From contig CM030333.1 of assembly GCA_017654855.1 (NCBI GenBank), forward strand, positions 4,030,001-4,094,000: a stretch of DNA of 64,000 nt, written 5' to 3'. Under the pieces are notes generated by a model. It had not been told where the DNA came from and searched no databases. It saw only the letters and a program-made list of their open reading frames with translations. Within the stretch, counting starts at the first letter, position 1; each line of letters begins with the position of its first letter. The stretch comes from Podospora anserina (lineage: Eukaryota). Below, piece after piece: positions 23,501 through 36,305 of the stretch. The translations under genes and the position numbers were made by a program.

Positions 23501-25007
23501 GGACAAGAACTCGCGGTTCCTGACAAATCTTGCGCCGACGACCACGGCCATCACCTTGGCGACAACATTCGTCTGCCGTCCCTATCGGAGTGATGTCCAG
23601 AGACTGCGAGCCATCTTTACTTGGGTTGCTGAGCATATCTGCTGGGAAGAGGATTTTGAGGGCGAGGTTGATACTAGACAGGTCATTCAGTCCCGACGTG
23701 GGTGTGCCGAGGAGTATGCCGTGCTGGTGTTGGAAATGTGCGCCGCCGTCGGCCTTGGCTGCGAGGTTGTTCGCGGCTACCTCAAAACTCCGGGAGAGAT
23801 TCCAGAAGTCAACATCATGCCCAGATCCAACCACTGGTGGAACGCTGTCCTGGTCGATAATGAGTGGCGCTTCATGGACTGCTGCCTTGCCAGTCCATCG
23901 AACCCTAAGCGGGCCTTGTACTCGAGCCACGGCTCATCATCCGCCGACCCTTGGTGGTTCCTCGTCCGCCCATCCGAGCTTTGCTGGACGCACATCCCAG
24001 AGCACCACGCCCAGCAGCACCTGTGCCCACCCGTGGCCCACGAGACGCTCCTCAATCTCCCCTGCGCTTGCCCGCCTTTCTTCAAGAACGATCTGCAAAT
24101 GGTGGACTACAACACCTCCCTTGTCCGCATCGAAGATCTCGAGATGGTCCACGTTAAGTTTAATGTGCCTCCTGATGTCGAAGTCGCCGCCGAGGTTGAG
24201 GTCCGGGCTTACTCCCGAGATATGGACGGCGACCTTTTTGAGTCTGGCGATGTAGTAAAGAAGCGAGCTCTCGCCCAGGCAGACTGGCATGGCAGCGTGA
24301 AGCGGTACACGGTCAAGGCTCTCCTCCCCGGCGACGAAGGAACCGGTGTCCTGAAAATCTATGCCGGCAAGCGTGGGTTGATGCACAGCATCAAGGACAT
24401 CCCCCATCCCTTGGCTTTTGCCCTGCCAGTCATCCACACGGGCGAAAACCCACCCTACGAATTCGTCACCCGCCACCCCACCCCCCACGCGCAAAGACAC
24501 GACATTTACGTTGTCCAACCCCAGTGCCAGCGGTTAGCACTGAACAACACGTTTGTCTTCGCCATCCGTCAACATCCCAGCTCGGCAGCCATCACGCCCG
24601 TGTCCCCCGCCGAGGAAAACAGAAGGGGAGGCGCGAGCCCGATACCGTTTATGCGGCCTGGTAGTGCCATGAGCATGACTAGTAGTGCGGCTGGGTCCAT
24701 GCCGTCGACGACTACATCCAACAGCAGCGGGGGCAGTAGCAAGCCGGCGAAACTGGCGATTCAAACCCCAGGAGGAAAAATCTTGAGGTTGATGAGAAAG
24801 GAGGAGAGGAGAGGGGTGGGAATCGCGGGCAAGATCATGTCGCCCAGCTCGTCGGGGTTGCACAACGAGGAAGGGGTGGATGCGGGGGATGGGGGGTTGT
24901 GGGAGACGATTATCAAATGTAGCGAGCGGGGCGTCTGGAGGGGGTTGGTGCTTGCTGATCGGACGGCTAGGTGGTGTGTTTTCGCGGAGTGGGTTTGCGA
25001 GGGTTAA
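20592..25007 (+). CDS. cyk3: Cytokinesis protein Cyk3 (N-terminal SH3, transglutaminase-like domain)
   Basis: Exon 1 20592-20666 (MVPAP...RAVYSWGGE), intron 20667-20771 (GTTCGT...GCTAAC...TAG), exon 2 SKRDLGFIEGDLIECL...WWTG...GLFPSNFV (SH3). Later RLRAIFTWV, NHWWNAV, FMDCC (TGase-like fold). Confidence 0.92.
21180..21740 (+). repeat. Coding tandem repeat: 13 units of about 45 nt, consensus RAxSPAPPxHxxYxx
   Basis: REISPAPP, RAPSPAPT, RSPSPMPE, RAPSPAPP, RSPSPAPP, RAISPAPP, five RAASPAP, RAPSPAPP, RAPSPTPS at 15-aa spacing (one 14). Confidence 0.93.
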
Positions 25008-25770
25008 GCCTTTCTTTCTTCTGTCCACATGATATATACGGCTCCGGTTTGCGGGGGCATAATATGGGTTGTTTGATGAAGTGTGTTTGGATTTGTTGTT
25101 GGAATATACACGGGTGGAAGACGTGGGTGTTATACAAAGAAGCCAAAAAGCAGGGTTTGTTTGACTATTTTTTGTTTGGAACATATAACATATACCAAGG
25201 TTGTGGGAAGGGGTTGTGTGGTATAAGCAAAGGGGATATTTTTTTTGGTTTCTTTTTCGCTTCACACATTATATCATTATTTTTGTTTGAGAGAGTGAAG
25301 GGGGGGGGGGAAGCTAAAGCCTGGGAAATGTGGGAATTTGCATATAAGGATGGCGTTGTATCATTAGGCGATTTTTAAACTTTTTCGACTTTTGGTTGGT
25401 GGCTGCAGGAGAAAGAGATATATGTGTATCTCGGGTGTGCAGATACTGTTTGTTGTAGTGTGTATGTTTGGGGGAGAGAAAATTATGGTGTTTGTATCTT
25501 GTGTTTAGTTATATACCATGAAAGTAATTGACTGATTTTGACACTCGCCCATGTTGAGAGTAGGTGTCAGATAGATGTCTAATGATTCAGCAATGAGATT
25601 TTCTCATACCAGATACAGTTTTGAACCAGGAAGATCTTCCAGAGAGTAGTCATCATCAATCTGAATGAGTATCCAGACTGGTGGACAAAAAAGGGAGTGG
25701 AAATATGAAGTTGGGACTGCTGCCAAGACTTGTTGATGGAGTTTATATGCACTCTCCCAAAACAGCAAAA

Positions 25771-25889
25771 ACATACAACACCAAAGAATCCCCAGTGGTC
25801 ACCCACCTGAGTACTAGTTTGGCTGTCAGCTGTTTGACTCAGGCAGAGCGGACGGGATGCCGTATTTTCAGCTGCATATAGTCGTATGT
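25771..25889 (-). rRNA. 5S rRNA (dispersed copy, variant 2)
   Basis: 119 nt ACATACGACTATATGCAGCTG...CATCCCGTCCGCTCT...CTAGTACTCAGGTGGGTGACCACTGGGG...GTTGTATGT plus T run. Confidence 0.94.
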
Positions 25890-26036
25890 GCCTTTGTCGA
25901 GCAGAAAATGATATTATATGTATCTCAGAGTCCGATTACGCCCACAAAAGCCACACCCATAGACAAGAGCAAATAATGATACCCTATATATATGTACAAA
26001 TAATACAGTCATCTACCATCTGTTTAACCACTTTAA

Positions 26037-27076
26037 TCAGCTCCCCCACCTCGGCAAATAAAACCTCACATTCTCATACACCAAAAACGTCACCCACGTC
26101 GCCGGCAAAACCCTCACAACACCAGGCATAACCCCCCGATAAAACCCCCTTATCCCCTCCTCCCTCCAAAGCTGCCTCACCACGCCCTTTATCCCCCTGC
26201 CAAACCTCTCCTCTGCCTCGTAGCCCTGTAACCTGCTCCTCAGTACCTGAAGCGGGTAGGTAACCCCCCCAGCAACCAACTTGGCAATCGTACTCAGGAC
26301 AACAGTCGCCTCATTGCTCATATCCCCTTCTTTCCTCTCCTTATGCCGTGCCGAGTACATCTTCTTGAGCGGGTCATAGACAGCAAACTGCACCGCCCCG
26401 TGACTAACAGCCAACATCCCCACCCCCAACCCTCTATAAAACCCCTTTATCCCCTCCGTCTGAAACAAATCGGCAGCCCCGGCGAGCATGTGAGGGTAGG
26501 CACCCTTTGTCCCCGCGTCAGAGGAGACCATCCGTGTCTTGAGCACCCAGATCGGGTTGGTGATAATCTGAGTTAGCGCCCCGGCCGCCAACGAGGCAAC
26601 AAAAAAGTCTGGTGGTGACAGGCCCCCCACATTTTGCTGGGAGGGGGAGGATGACGATGATTTGAGATACAAGATCCCCCTCTCAACATTATTCTTGAAA
26701 AAGAAAAACGACGCCCAGCTCGTGGCATTCCCGATCAAGTTGGGTGTTAACCCCCTATAAAGACTCGCGAGCGGTTTCGGGTTGGAGCTGAGCGTGCGGA
26801 TCAAAGAGACTGTTGTTGGTGGGGGGGTATTAGGGCTGTGTGACGAGCGGTGGACTAATTTCACCAGTCAGTACACCTTGTCATATAAATTTGAGACGAG
26901 GAGAAATAAAAAAATAAAATAAAAAAAATACTCTGCATTCGTGTCTTGACTATATCAAGCGGGTGCACAATCAGGGTGGCCATGGTGCCGGCCGACAAGC
27001 CGGCCACCGTCTCGACGAGCGCGGGGGAGGAGAGCCTCCCACCGCCGCTGCGCTCATCTTGTGGTGGTTTCGTCAT
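26037..27076 (-). CDS. flx1: Mitochondrial carrier, FAD/folate transporter type
   Basis: Three carrier signatures HPLDIVKTRMQ, NPIWVLKTRM, YPLQVLRSRLQ; intron 26931-26855. The PIWVLKTR variant and SHGAVQF are typical of the Flx1/SLC25A32 group. Confidence 0.85.
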
Positions 27077-27657
27077 TTAATACCTGGGGTGAAAATGTCT
27101 AGCTACATGACATCGTAAACAAACGGCTCCGTGTAAACAAAAATCAAACGGTGCGCATGTGTAGGCGCAAAAGCGAGTGTTGTTTATCAAGAGTCGCGGA
27201 AAAAAAGCTATGACGCAAGGGTTCCTGCTGTTCGTCCCAAAAAAAAGTTTCCGGGATCCTCGGCCGAGCATGGCCGACTGAAACCGGGATTTAAGAAGCA
27301 TTTTTCGGCGCCGTTTGGCCGGCGACGGTGATAGCTACGCCAAGACTTGAAATCCACGTTAGCTTGACAAAGAGGAAGAAAAAGAAAGAGCAAAATGAAC
27401 AGTCATGAGTAGATTCATGATGCAGGAGTTGTGTCTGCTATTATAATGTACAATCACGGTTATGGTATCACTTGCTCGCCCTCGTTCGCTCTGCTGATGA
27501 CGAACTACCCCCAACCCATAATCCCGCTTTATCCCTCCTGATGCTCCTTGCCCGTTGCGCTTTTCCCAGCGCGGCGCCATCATTTTGAGTTGTTGTACTG
27601 ATACACTCGGTCCATCACTGTTCCCTTTCCATATCTCGAGGTATTTATCGTCGCTAC

Positions 27658-28054
27658 TTAAGAAAGGGGAGAGAGGAGGCTGCAGAGATAGTTAGATGCT
27701 GAGGTTCAAAGATCGGGTGTCAGGACAAAGCGTCGGCGGAGACATACCGGACCATGGATGGCCGAGGGTCGCTGCGGGTGTAGCCTGTGAAGTGTCAGTT
27801 GTCATGTTTTTGCTAGATAACCAGACAAGGTGACATACCAAGATAGAGGATGAAGGGGAGATAGCCACTGCTACAGTCAGTATTTCGCTCGCTAAAGCTG
27901 TCCGGCTCGTCCAACATACTAGTGAAGGGCAACGCGCGAGATCTCAATGAGCTTGCCAATGCGCTCCTGTTGCGTGGTTAGCCAGCTGCTTCATTCCCTC
28001 GTAACCCTGCCGGTCAGGTCTGCGTACCTTGGACTCCTCTGAAAGACGGAACAT
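27658..28054 (-). CDS. tom7: Mitochondrial outer membrane translocase subunit Tom7
   Basis: Five exons (28054-28028, 27966-27920, 27867-27839, 27784-27748, 27679-27658) with four GT..AG introns splice to [53 protein letters not shown]. Confidence 0.96.
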
Positions 28055-28412
28055 TTTGGCGGTTTGTGATTGTCCTGATATGGGAATCTGGGGTATGTGG
28101 TCGTCGTGGGGTTGCAAGATGGAGCAGTCTCTCAATCAATGATGATGTTCCAGTGGCAGAATCGGTTTTTGGGCGGTCACTTCCTGGACAAAGCTTGGCG
28201 CGGCTGACCCCATGTCGCCCTGCAAGCTGACCCCTGCAAGTCAACCGCCGGACCCACCCACCTTCTCCAGAAAACTCGCGACTTCTCAACGCACCGCGCT
28301 TCTTTGGTGGAAAGGTAGCTGCGAGAGGCGTCTTTTTACAATTGACGAAACCACCACCCAGTTGCCATCCAGCAAGCCCCCTTTCTCCACGACAGGTGTA
28401 GATAATCCCAAA

Positions 28413-29698
28413 ATGTCAAAACACTGGTATGTCTTCCCACGAACACATAACATTTCCCACAGATATAGCAAGCAAACATTTCCACCATGTCGATCATCAG
28501 GAGATTCAACATGGCTAAATTCCTCCTTTTTAGGGAGCAAAACAAAGATGCCACCGTCTACGTCGGCAACATAGACGAGCGCTTTACCCAAGAGCTCCTC
28601 ACAGAGCTCATGACCCAAGTCGGCCCCGTCCGCCAGGTCCATATGCCCCTCGACCGCGTCACCCGCAACCACCAAGGCTACGGCTTCATCGAGTTCGACA
28701 CCCCCGAATCCGCCGAGTACGCCGCCAAGTGTCTGAATGGCATCCGTGTTCACGGCAAGCCCCTCCGCGTCAATAAGGCGTCCGCCGACAAGCAAAAGAC
28801 GGTCGACATTGGCGCCGAGCTTTTTATCAACAACCTCGACCCCCAAGTCGACGAAAAGATCCTCTACGACACCTTCAGCACCTTCGGTCAGATCCTCCGC
28901 CAGCCCAACATTGTGCGCGACGACAACAACATCTCCAAGGGGTATGGTTTCGTCAGCTTTGACTCGTTCGAGGCCTCCGACGCCGCGCTGGCGAACATGA
29001 ACGGGCAATATCTCTTGAGCAAGGCTATCAGTGTAGACTATGCGTACAAGAAGGACGGCAAGGGCGAGCGCCACGGTGATGAGGCGGAAAGAAGACTGGC
29101 CGCCGAAGGCAAGAAGCACAACATAGTGCCCGAGCAACAGGTTCTCCCGCCAGCCTTCCATATGAATGCCCCCATCGCCGCCACAACACCCGTCACACCA
29201 GTCGCCGCCGTCCCGCCCATGATCGACCCCTCCATGGCCGCCATTCCTCCACCAGTCGGCATGGTGCCCCCAGTTGTCCCTCCCCTCGGGCCGGGAGGCA
29301 TGCCGCCAGTTCCAGTCGCGGCGTACGGCGGGCCCTTACCAACTGGACCAGCAGCCATGGGCGGTCGCGGTGGTCCTCCCCCAATTCCCTACGGCGGCGG
29401 TATGCCACCAGCTATGCCAAGCGGAGGCGGTGGTCGTATGAGCAACCTCCCGCCCCCACCATCTGGTCTCCCGGCGCGTCCACCCCCCAGCCAGGCCGGG
29501 TTTGGCGGTCCAGTGCCCTTCCACCCACCACCGGGGTTTGCTCCGCCCCCTCCTGTTGGTCCAGGTCAGCAAATGTACCCCCCTCCTGTTGGCTTCAACG
29601 GCCCGACTCCACCTCAGGGATTCATGCCACCACCGGGAGGTGCCCCCCCTCCGGGCTTTGGTGGTCCACCTCCTAATGGCTACCCACGTCGAGGGTAG
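28413..29698 (+). CDS. hsh49: Splicing factor SF3b subunit 4 (SAP49/Hsh49), two RRMs plus Pro/Gly tail
   Basis: Exon 1 28413-28426 (MSKH-W), intron 28427-28533, then [15 protein letters not shown]...HQGYGFIEF...LRVNKAS...[11 protein letters not shown]...SKGYGFVSF...[13 protein letters not shown]. Confidence 0.96.
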
Positions 29699-29868
29699 GA
29701 CGATCGAGTGTGGGGTGATGGGAGGCCAGGAAATGTATCACCCTCCCGATGACTGCAACGGTCCGGCTCCTTCGCAAGGGTGCATGCCGCCATCGGGAGG
29801 TGCTCCGCCTCCTGGATATGGTGCTCCCCCTCCTGATGGGTAGAATCATTGAGGGCAGAACCATCGAG
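29569..29868 (+). repeat. Diverged direct duplication (160-nt period) of the hsh49 3' end
   Basis: 29569-29708 aligns without gaps to 29729-29868 (aaatgtacccccctcct vs aaatgtatcaccctccc; gagggtaggacgatcgag vs gagggcagaaccatcgag). Confidence 0.88.
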
Positions 29869-30331
29869 GCAGAACCATCATGGGCGAGATCCCGGGGGGT
29901 AAAACTGTCGATGAGAATTTTGGGCGTTTATTCTATGGGAATTGAACGAAAAAAAAAAACAGTAGAGAAAGGAACCGTGGTGAAGCCTTGATACCCCGTT
30001 CACATAAGTAGGTAGTGTATTTTTAGAGAAGCAGAGAACAGTGTACATAATATGATGAGAATACATGATGCAAGAACACGAATGGTGAGGATCTGGAACA
30101 CAAGGTAGAAGGCAATGGCGGTAGTGTCAGATAATTCTATTGATACAAACTACACTTCCTACAGCAACCAAAAATTGACCCCCTTTTACCTTTTAGTGAG
30201 TTGGGCCATTTTGCCCCCTATTTGACCTACGATTAAACCGCAAAGAACCCGCTGTCATCCGGGGAAAATCAAATAAATCAACGCCCCTTTCTTTTCACTA
30301 ACCCCCAAACTCAAAACCAGCAACCAACCTA

Positions 30332-32911
30332 CTACTCAATAATATTAACCTCACCCTCCACCCCATTCTCCTTCTTCTTCTCCTCGGCCCCATTCGCCCC
30401 ATTCCTCTCCTTCTCCTCCGCCTCCTTCCTCTCCCTCTCCTCCCTCCTCTGCCGCTCAACAACCTCCCACTCCTTCCTCACCTCCTCCCTCCTCTCCCGC
30501 TCCCTCACCGCCTCGACCAAAAACGCCTCCTCAATCGCCTGCCTCCGCTTAAACACCCTCAGCCACCTCGTCCCCCACCTCCTGACCAACCCGTCCTCTT
30601 CCCCACGAGCATTACTCTCAAGCATCTCATCCTTCGTCCCGCCAGCCCAAGCCCCCAAGCTGTCCTCAATAGCCCTAAACAGCTCCCTCATGTTCCTCAC
30701 CTCGTTATCCCTCGTCTCGTCATCCACCATCTCATCCGGCTGGCTGGCCTTGACAACCAGCTGCCTCACCCGGCCGGTAACCTTGATGACAGTGTTGAAG
30801 ACCAATTCGTACATGTGAGCCCACGCGAGCGCCTCACCGCGCGTCTTGCCAGCCTGGACGTTCAGAGCCCAGTTGATCACCGTCAGCGGGGTCAGGATGG
30901 AGTAGTTCAGGAGCTTCTCCACGATGCTCAGCGCAACACCGGGGTGCACGCTCCAATACGTCATCACCGCCTCGATGATCTGCGTCCTCGACGCGTCGCT
31001 CGCCGCGCCAGCGTCCGCCAACCGGTCCTTGGTGCGCTCTATCGCTGCCAGGACGTGGGAGAGCGACTTGCTGCCTACGTAGAGCACGCAAGTGACAAAG
31101 ACGTCCGTGCTGGCCACCAAGGCGTCGAGGTCGCGGTCGATGGCCTGAGACTGAATCCGCTGGATAACGGCGTCGATTTCCTCGTCGGGGGCCTTGCGTT
31201 TGAGGAGCGCGGCGATTTCACGGCCTTCGGCGGCAAAGGGGGTGTCTAATTGCTGTGTTAGTCACTGACACTCGAAATGATAAAGAAAAGGGGGAAAAAC
31301 CAACCATCGTTGGCAAACTTGAAATCGGGCACATCCTTCTCCTTCTCGGGCCCAATCAACTTCTGATACGGCTCCGGAAGCGTATTCTTGATCCTCTGCG
31401 CAAAACTCAACCGAATCTCCTTGTCGATCGAGCCAACAATAAACGCCTTGCGCGGGTGCAAGCCGCTCAGCTCAACATCGTCCACCCACTCGGTCCACTT
31501 CCACGTGAAACCAAAGTTGGACAAATGATGCGAGAACCAGTCCATGAACCGGTACGCCAGCTCCAGATCCATCCGCGGCGCGTTTCTGTAAAGGTAACGA
31601 ATGGCACGGCCCAAGCTGGGCGCTATAGCAGCAGGCGCCAGCTTGCAAGCCTCCGTAAGCACAGAGTGGTAGTAAACCAACTTGTGCTCTGGGTTAGGCA
31701 AGAGGAAAAGCTGGGTAAACACGGCATCAACAGCCACATCTTCGGGCTTCCAGGTAGACTTTGACTTCTCGATATCCCGAAGCCTATCGAACGGCGTGCC
31801 TCTCAGAGCAAAAGTCCTCGGCGCAAAGTAGCAATCCACCTCAATAAGCTGTCTTGCTGTGGCGTTGCGATTAAAGTGCAAAACATTGATAGTATCAAGC
31901 AGTGCATCTCTGATGAGCGACGACGCCAGGCTGGTAGGAGGGGGCACCGACTCGACTTCTTGCTGCCCATAAACAGAGATATACACCTCTGGGAACAACG
32001 GCCTCGGCCCTCTGACCACCGTCTTGGGAATAACGATATTCGGCAAAACGTGCTTCTTCGCACTGGCCAGCTTGGCCACCGTCTCAACCTCGCCGACAGG
32101 GAACTGCCACGGTCTCGGCAAGCAGCTCAACGCCCAACCCTGAGCCGCCTCAGCCTGCAGCTGCGCCTGCAAAAGCGAAATCAAACTCTGCGACTGCGCC
32201 GGGTTTTCCTCCCCAGCCTCGGGATGATAAGGCTCAATCACGGCCTGCAGCGGATGCGGCTCGCTCGCAATGATGGCCGTATTCTCCAGCAAATCCGCCG
32301 CTTTCTGCTGCCACTCCTGCTGCACCTGCTCCGGCGACCCAGCAGCCATCACATACGGAAGCGTCAAGAGAATGATCTTGACAATCTCTGTGCCGATCGT
32401 ATCCTCACTGCTCGCCGTCTGCAACCCAACCGCCCGTTCAAAAAGCTCCCCCAACACACCAAAAACCCCTTCCCCTTCCAACACGCCCTGCAGACACCCC
32501 ACCAGCTTCAGGTACAGCTTCACATCCCTCCACCCCCCCTCCCGAAGCTTGTCCTCGATCAACCTCGCCGCTTTTTCGAGTAAAAGATCCATCGCCTCGG
32601 GCTTGTTGGTGTTGACCACCATCAACACGCCCGCCAAAAAGGGGGTTTTGAGAGGCTGCTCCACGCACAACTGGAGGACCAAGTCGGTGAAGTTGCCTCT
32701 GAGCAAGACGTCATCGTCCCAGTTGTCGGTGAACAGGTTCGCAATCTGGGAAATCTCATCGTGGCGCTCGATCATGGGGTTCTCGGCAATGGCGATGAGC
32801 TGCTTGCGGAGGCGGACGTGGGGGGGCGCGTCGTAGCGGCGGCGGGAGTTGTTGCCGCGGTAGTGGTTGTCGTCTTCATTGTCATCTAACCCAGATTGTG
32901 TCAGTCAGTGG

Positions 32912-32945
<34 letters not shown>

Positions 32946-33046
32946 AAAGGGACAAACATACCTCTATAACGACGTTTCCGGTTATACCCACCGCCGCCAC
33001 CACCTCTACCTCCTCCTCCTCCTCCTCTCCTGTCGTAGTCGGCCAT
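30332..33046 (-). CDS. cbc1: Nuclear cap-binding complex large subunit (CBP80/Sto1)
   Basis: Exons 33046-32962, 32885-31305, 31245-30332. N-terminal NLS-like RKRRYR, EQPLKTPFLAG, KLVYYHSVLTEACK, RFMDWFSHHLSNFGFTWKW, KEIRLSFAQRI. Confidence 0.95.
32912..32944. repeat. (TGA)11 microsatellite inside cbp80 intron 1
   Basis: tgatgatgatg... read directly, within intron 32961-32886. Confidence 0.9.
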
Positions 33047-34794
33047 GGTTTGGATTTGCTATTGCGCAACTGATGGGATGCGATGCTGCTGTTCCTCTCC
33101 CGTTGGATAGTTTTATTTTCTTTTTCCCGGTTTGGTGTTGTCGTCGCAAGAGAAATCTACCTCTCGCAATTTTTGATAGATTTCACTCTCAAACCAGATG
33201 ATTCTGCCAATCCAAGCCCGAGAGCGCAATTGATGATTGGTTTTGATTGGCGCAAATCCGGAAACTCTTGTTTCCTTTCGTTGCTCTCTCTGAAACAATA
33301 AAAGTTGAGAAGGAAGACAGCAGCAACAAAAGGCTGACAAGGTTCAAGTTGCCAGTGCCAAGCGCGACAGAGGAAAGCGTGAAATAAGTGGGGACTGGAC
33401 TGGAGAGAAAGTTTTTGTGGGGCCACCCACCGGGGGAAGGAGCTAGTGATGCAAGTGATCCCGGTCGGTAGGGAGTGGTGGTTGCCTTGAAAATGAGGCT
33501 TTACAGGCTGGTATAAGTCACGGGTGTTTGTTGGAGCAAAATTCACGACGACGACGTTGTTTGTCTGTTATTATGCAGTGTTTGGCTTTTCTCTCTACAC
33601 TTTGAATAACCTCAGTAACACTGGAACATAGTAATTCATCGTTCTCACCCATCTCCATAGTTGGTAGAAGATTACCTCACTTTATCAATCCATACATGAG
33701 TGTCAAGACCTCATCAATTCAAAGCCATGCCATGAAAATATTTTGAATCTGAAAGTAAACGAAAACCTTGATAAAAGCACAAGAACAACCACAGAATCCA
33801 ACAACATCGCCTTCTTCATGTAGGCCTGTCTCAAACCTGCTCTGATAATCTTTTCCGTTTTTCTCATCTCTCCCAGGCAAAAACGCCCACCCCATGCCAT
33901 CCAGGTGCTCCCCGCCACATGATATCTTTACCGTCCGTCCCAACTCCTTCTCACTCTCATCCCAAACCAAAAGTTGAATTGCGCTGAACTCGATGGCCGT
34001 CTCGTGCTACCCATTCCAAAACTACCATTGCTCCTGTTTGAGAGTCTCAAACCAAGATAGCCAGTGCAGGCAGGCCAGCCCACTAGGTTCTTCAGCTGGG
34101 AGTACATGACAAGACAAATCATATAATTCCATTCGCTCCCACTCATCATGAATCATTCGCCTTCCTACTAACAACATCAAAAACAGGGACGATGGGGCGA
34201 GGACAGGGAGGCCGCACAGATAACAAAACAACGCAAGTGATTCCAGCGGAGAATACAGTGGAAATACCACCCAAGGAACAAGAATAAAAGAAGCCTTTCT
34301 CCAGATATTTGGGGCACGAAATAAAGCAAAAGCCATCTAGGTCATGCAGAAACGGAATCTAAAAAACGTGGCCCGGTTGGTGTTTTTTCCCTCAGCACGC
34401 CCCCTCTCCCCTCTCCCTCCCTTCCTGCTATAGCCTTATTGCGCGCTGTTGTCTTCAGAGGACGAATGCTCGTGGGCATACCAGCCGCCCCAAACTCCTG
34501 CTATTTCCGCGCTCTATCCTGCCACTTCTCGACACTACTTTGGGATCGATGGAACCTTCCGGAATCGAGTCTCGTCGTCTCGTTAAATTCCATCAACACT
34601 CATGGCTCCTCGGGGTATCTCATGGCATTTCCTCGTCATAGATCATGAACGGGAAGCGACCCAAAGCCGCTGTCTCCTTGCTGGGCCGTATACGATACTT
34701 TGCTGTCAAAGTACAGCTCGAAGTGTCCACACACGATCAGCTCTCACGGTCGCGAATCGACACAGAACTTTTTTCCGTCTCGCTGGCCAGCTTT

Positions 34795-36199
34795 TCAGTC
34801 CAGTTTGGCCATCATTTCCGATTTGTTCATGGGAACGAAGTTGTCGATGTCGAGCCCTTGGGCCGCAAGGATGGACCTCATGTGAGGTGGCACAAGCTTG
34901 TGGTTGAGGTGAGGGGCGATCGACAGCTCTGCAGAAAACGATTCTGTTAGCAAGTTTGGTTCAAAATCAACACAGAGTCTGGTGACACGTACCATGGCGG
35001 GTGAAGTCAAAGAGCGGAGGAAGGTCCTTGAGCTGGCCCGTCTGGTGCCTCGAATCGGGAAAGCGGGTGTTGGGATCCCTGAGGTCATCAAAGAAGGGCT
35101 GCACCATCGCGTCGATGGCCGACAGACGCTCGGTGGGTGTGTACTCCAGCAACTTGCTAATCAGGTCGATGGCGGGTTGGTCGGCCTTGCGGAACACCTT
35201 GTTGAAAGGATGGGGCTTGATCTGAGGAAACTTGTGCTCCATGTAGTTCGGGTTCATAGTTCGAATTTGCTCGCGGGTGGGTGTCCCCAGCACCTTGATA
35301 ATTTCGACGAGCTGATCGATACCCGATTCACCGGGGAAGAGAGGCTGACCAAGCATCAGTTCTGCCATGACGCAGCCTGTTGACCAAACGTCTGTTCACG
35401 TCAGTTAGCAACAATCTTCCATTGTTGACAAGTCCACTCACCAATCTTGGTTGTATAGTTGGTAGCACCAAAGATCAATTCAGGTGCGCGGTAGTATCTG
35501 GAGCAAATGTAAGACACGTTTGGTTCGTTTTCCACCAGAATCTTGGCACTGCCGAAATCACAGAGCTTCAAGATGCCGGTGCTAGGGTCGAGGAGAAGGT
35601 TTTGGGGCTTGATGTCGCGATGGCAGATGCCTTGAGAGTGAATGTATGCAAGAGCCCGGAAAAGCTGGTAGATGTACAGCTTCACCTCAAGGATGGGCAT
35701 AGTAGTCTTCATTTTGTTGAAGAAACGGGAGGCGCGGTACACGGTTTCTGGCACGAACTCCTGGACCAAGTTGAGGTAAACCTCATCCTTCTATTGGGGA
35801 TGTAAGCAATCTGTTTTCCAATGAGGTATTACTAAAGGACTTACGCGCTCGCCATTAGAGTAGTAAAAGGCCTTGAGCTGCACGATGTTGGGGTGTCTCA
35901 CGATCCGCATGATTTGCAGCTCACGGTTCTACAACATGTTAGCCATTAATCATACAACCCAGCCATAGCACACAACCAACCTTGAATCTTTTGTCCTGCA
36001 AGACACGCTTGATGGCTGCATCTTCGTTCGAGGGAGACAACTTAGTTTGAAAGACGACGCCAAAGGAACCGTTGCCAACAATCTTGCACTGGGTGTAAGT
36101 CAAGTCTCTCGTCTCGCCCGTGATGCCATCCTGCACTTTCTCACGGATCACTTCTCCCATCCGCAGATTGTTGAACGCTGCCGGACGATTCGACGCCAT
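34795..36199 (-). CDS. gsk3: Glycogen synthase kinase 3
   Basis: Exons 36199-35981, 35928-35845, 35790-35442, 35391-34993, 34928-34795. [54 protein letters not shown]. Confidence 0.97.
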
Positions 36200-36305
36200 G
36201 GTGAAGATCTCAAAGCCACGTCGGGGTTGGTGTGGAGGATCGTACTATACTCGGGTCACTGGCGGGGAAAAAGGTCGCCGACAGGTATGGTTGCTTTAAA
36301 ACGCG

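Noticed and set aside
28286..29161. 291-aa minus-strand ORF
   Set aside because: Antisense shadow of the codon-biased hsh49 CDS; the same applies to 46465-47403 (smi1), 31876-32583 (cbp80) and 55193-55849 (sec8).
32896..33201. ORF with poly-methionine
   Set aside because: Artefact of the ATG microsatellite in the cbp80 intron on the opposite strand.
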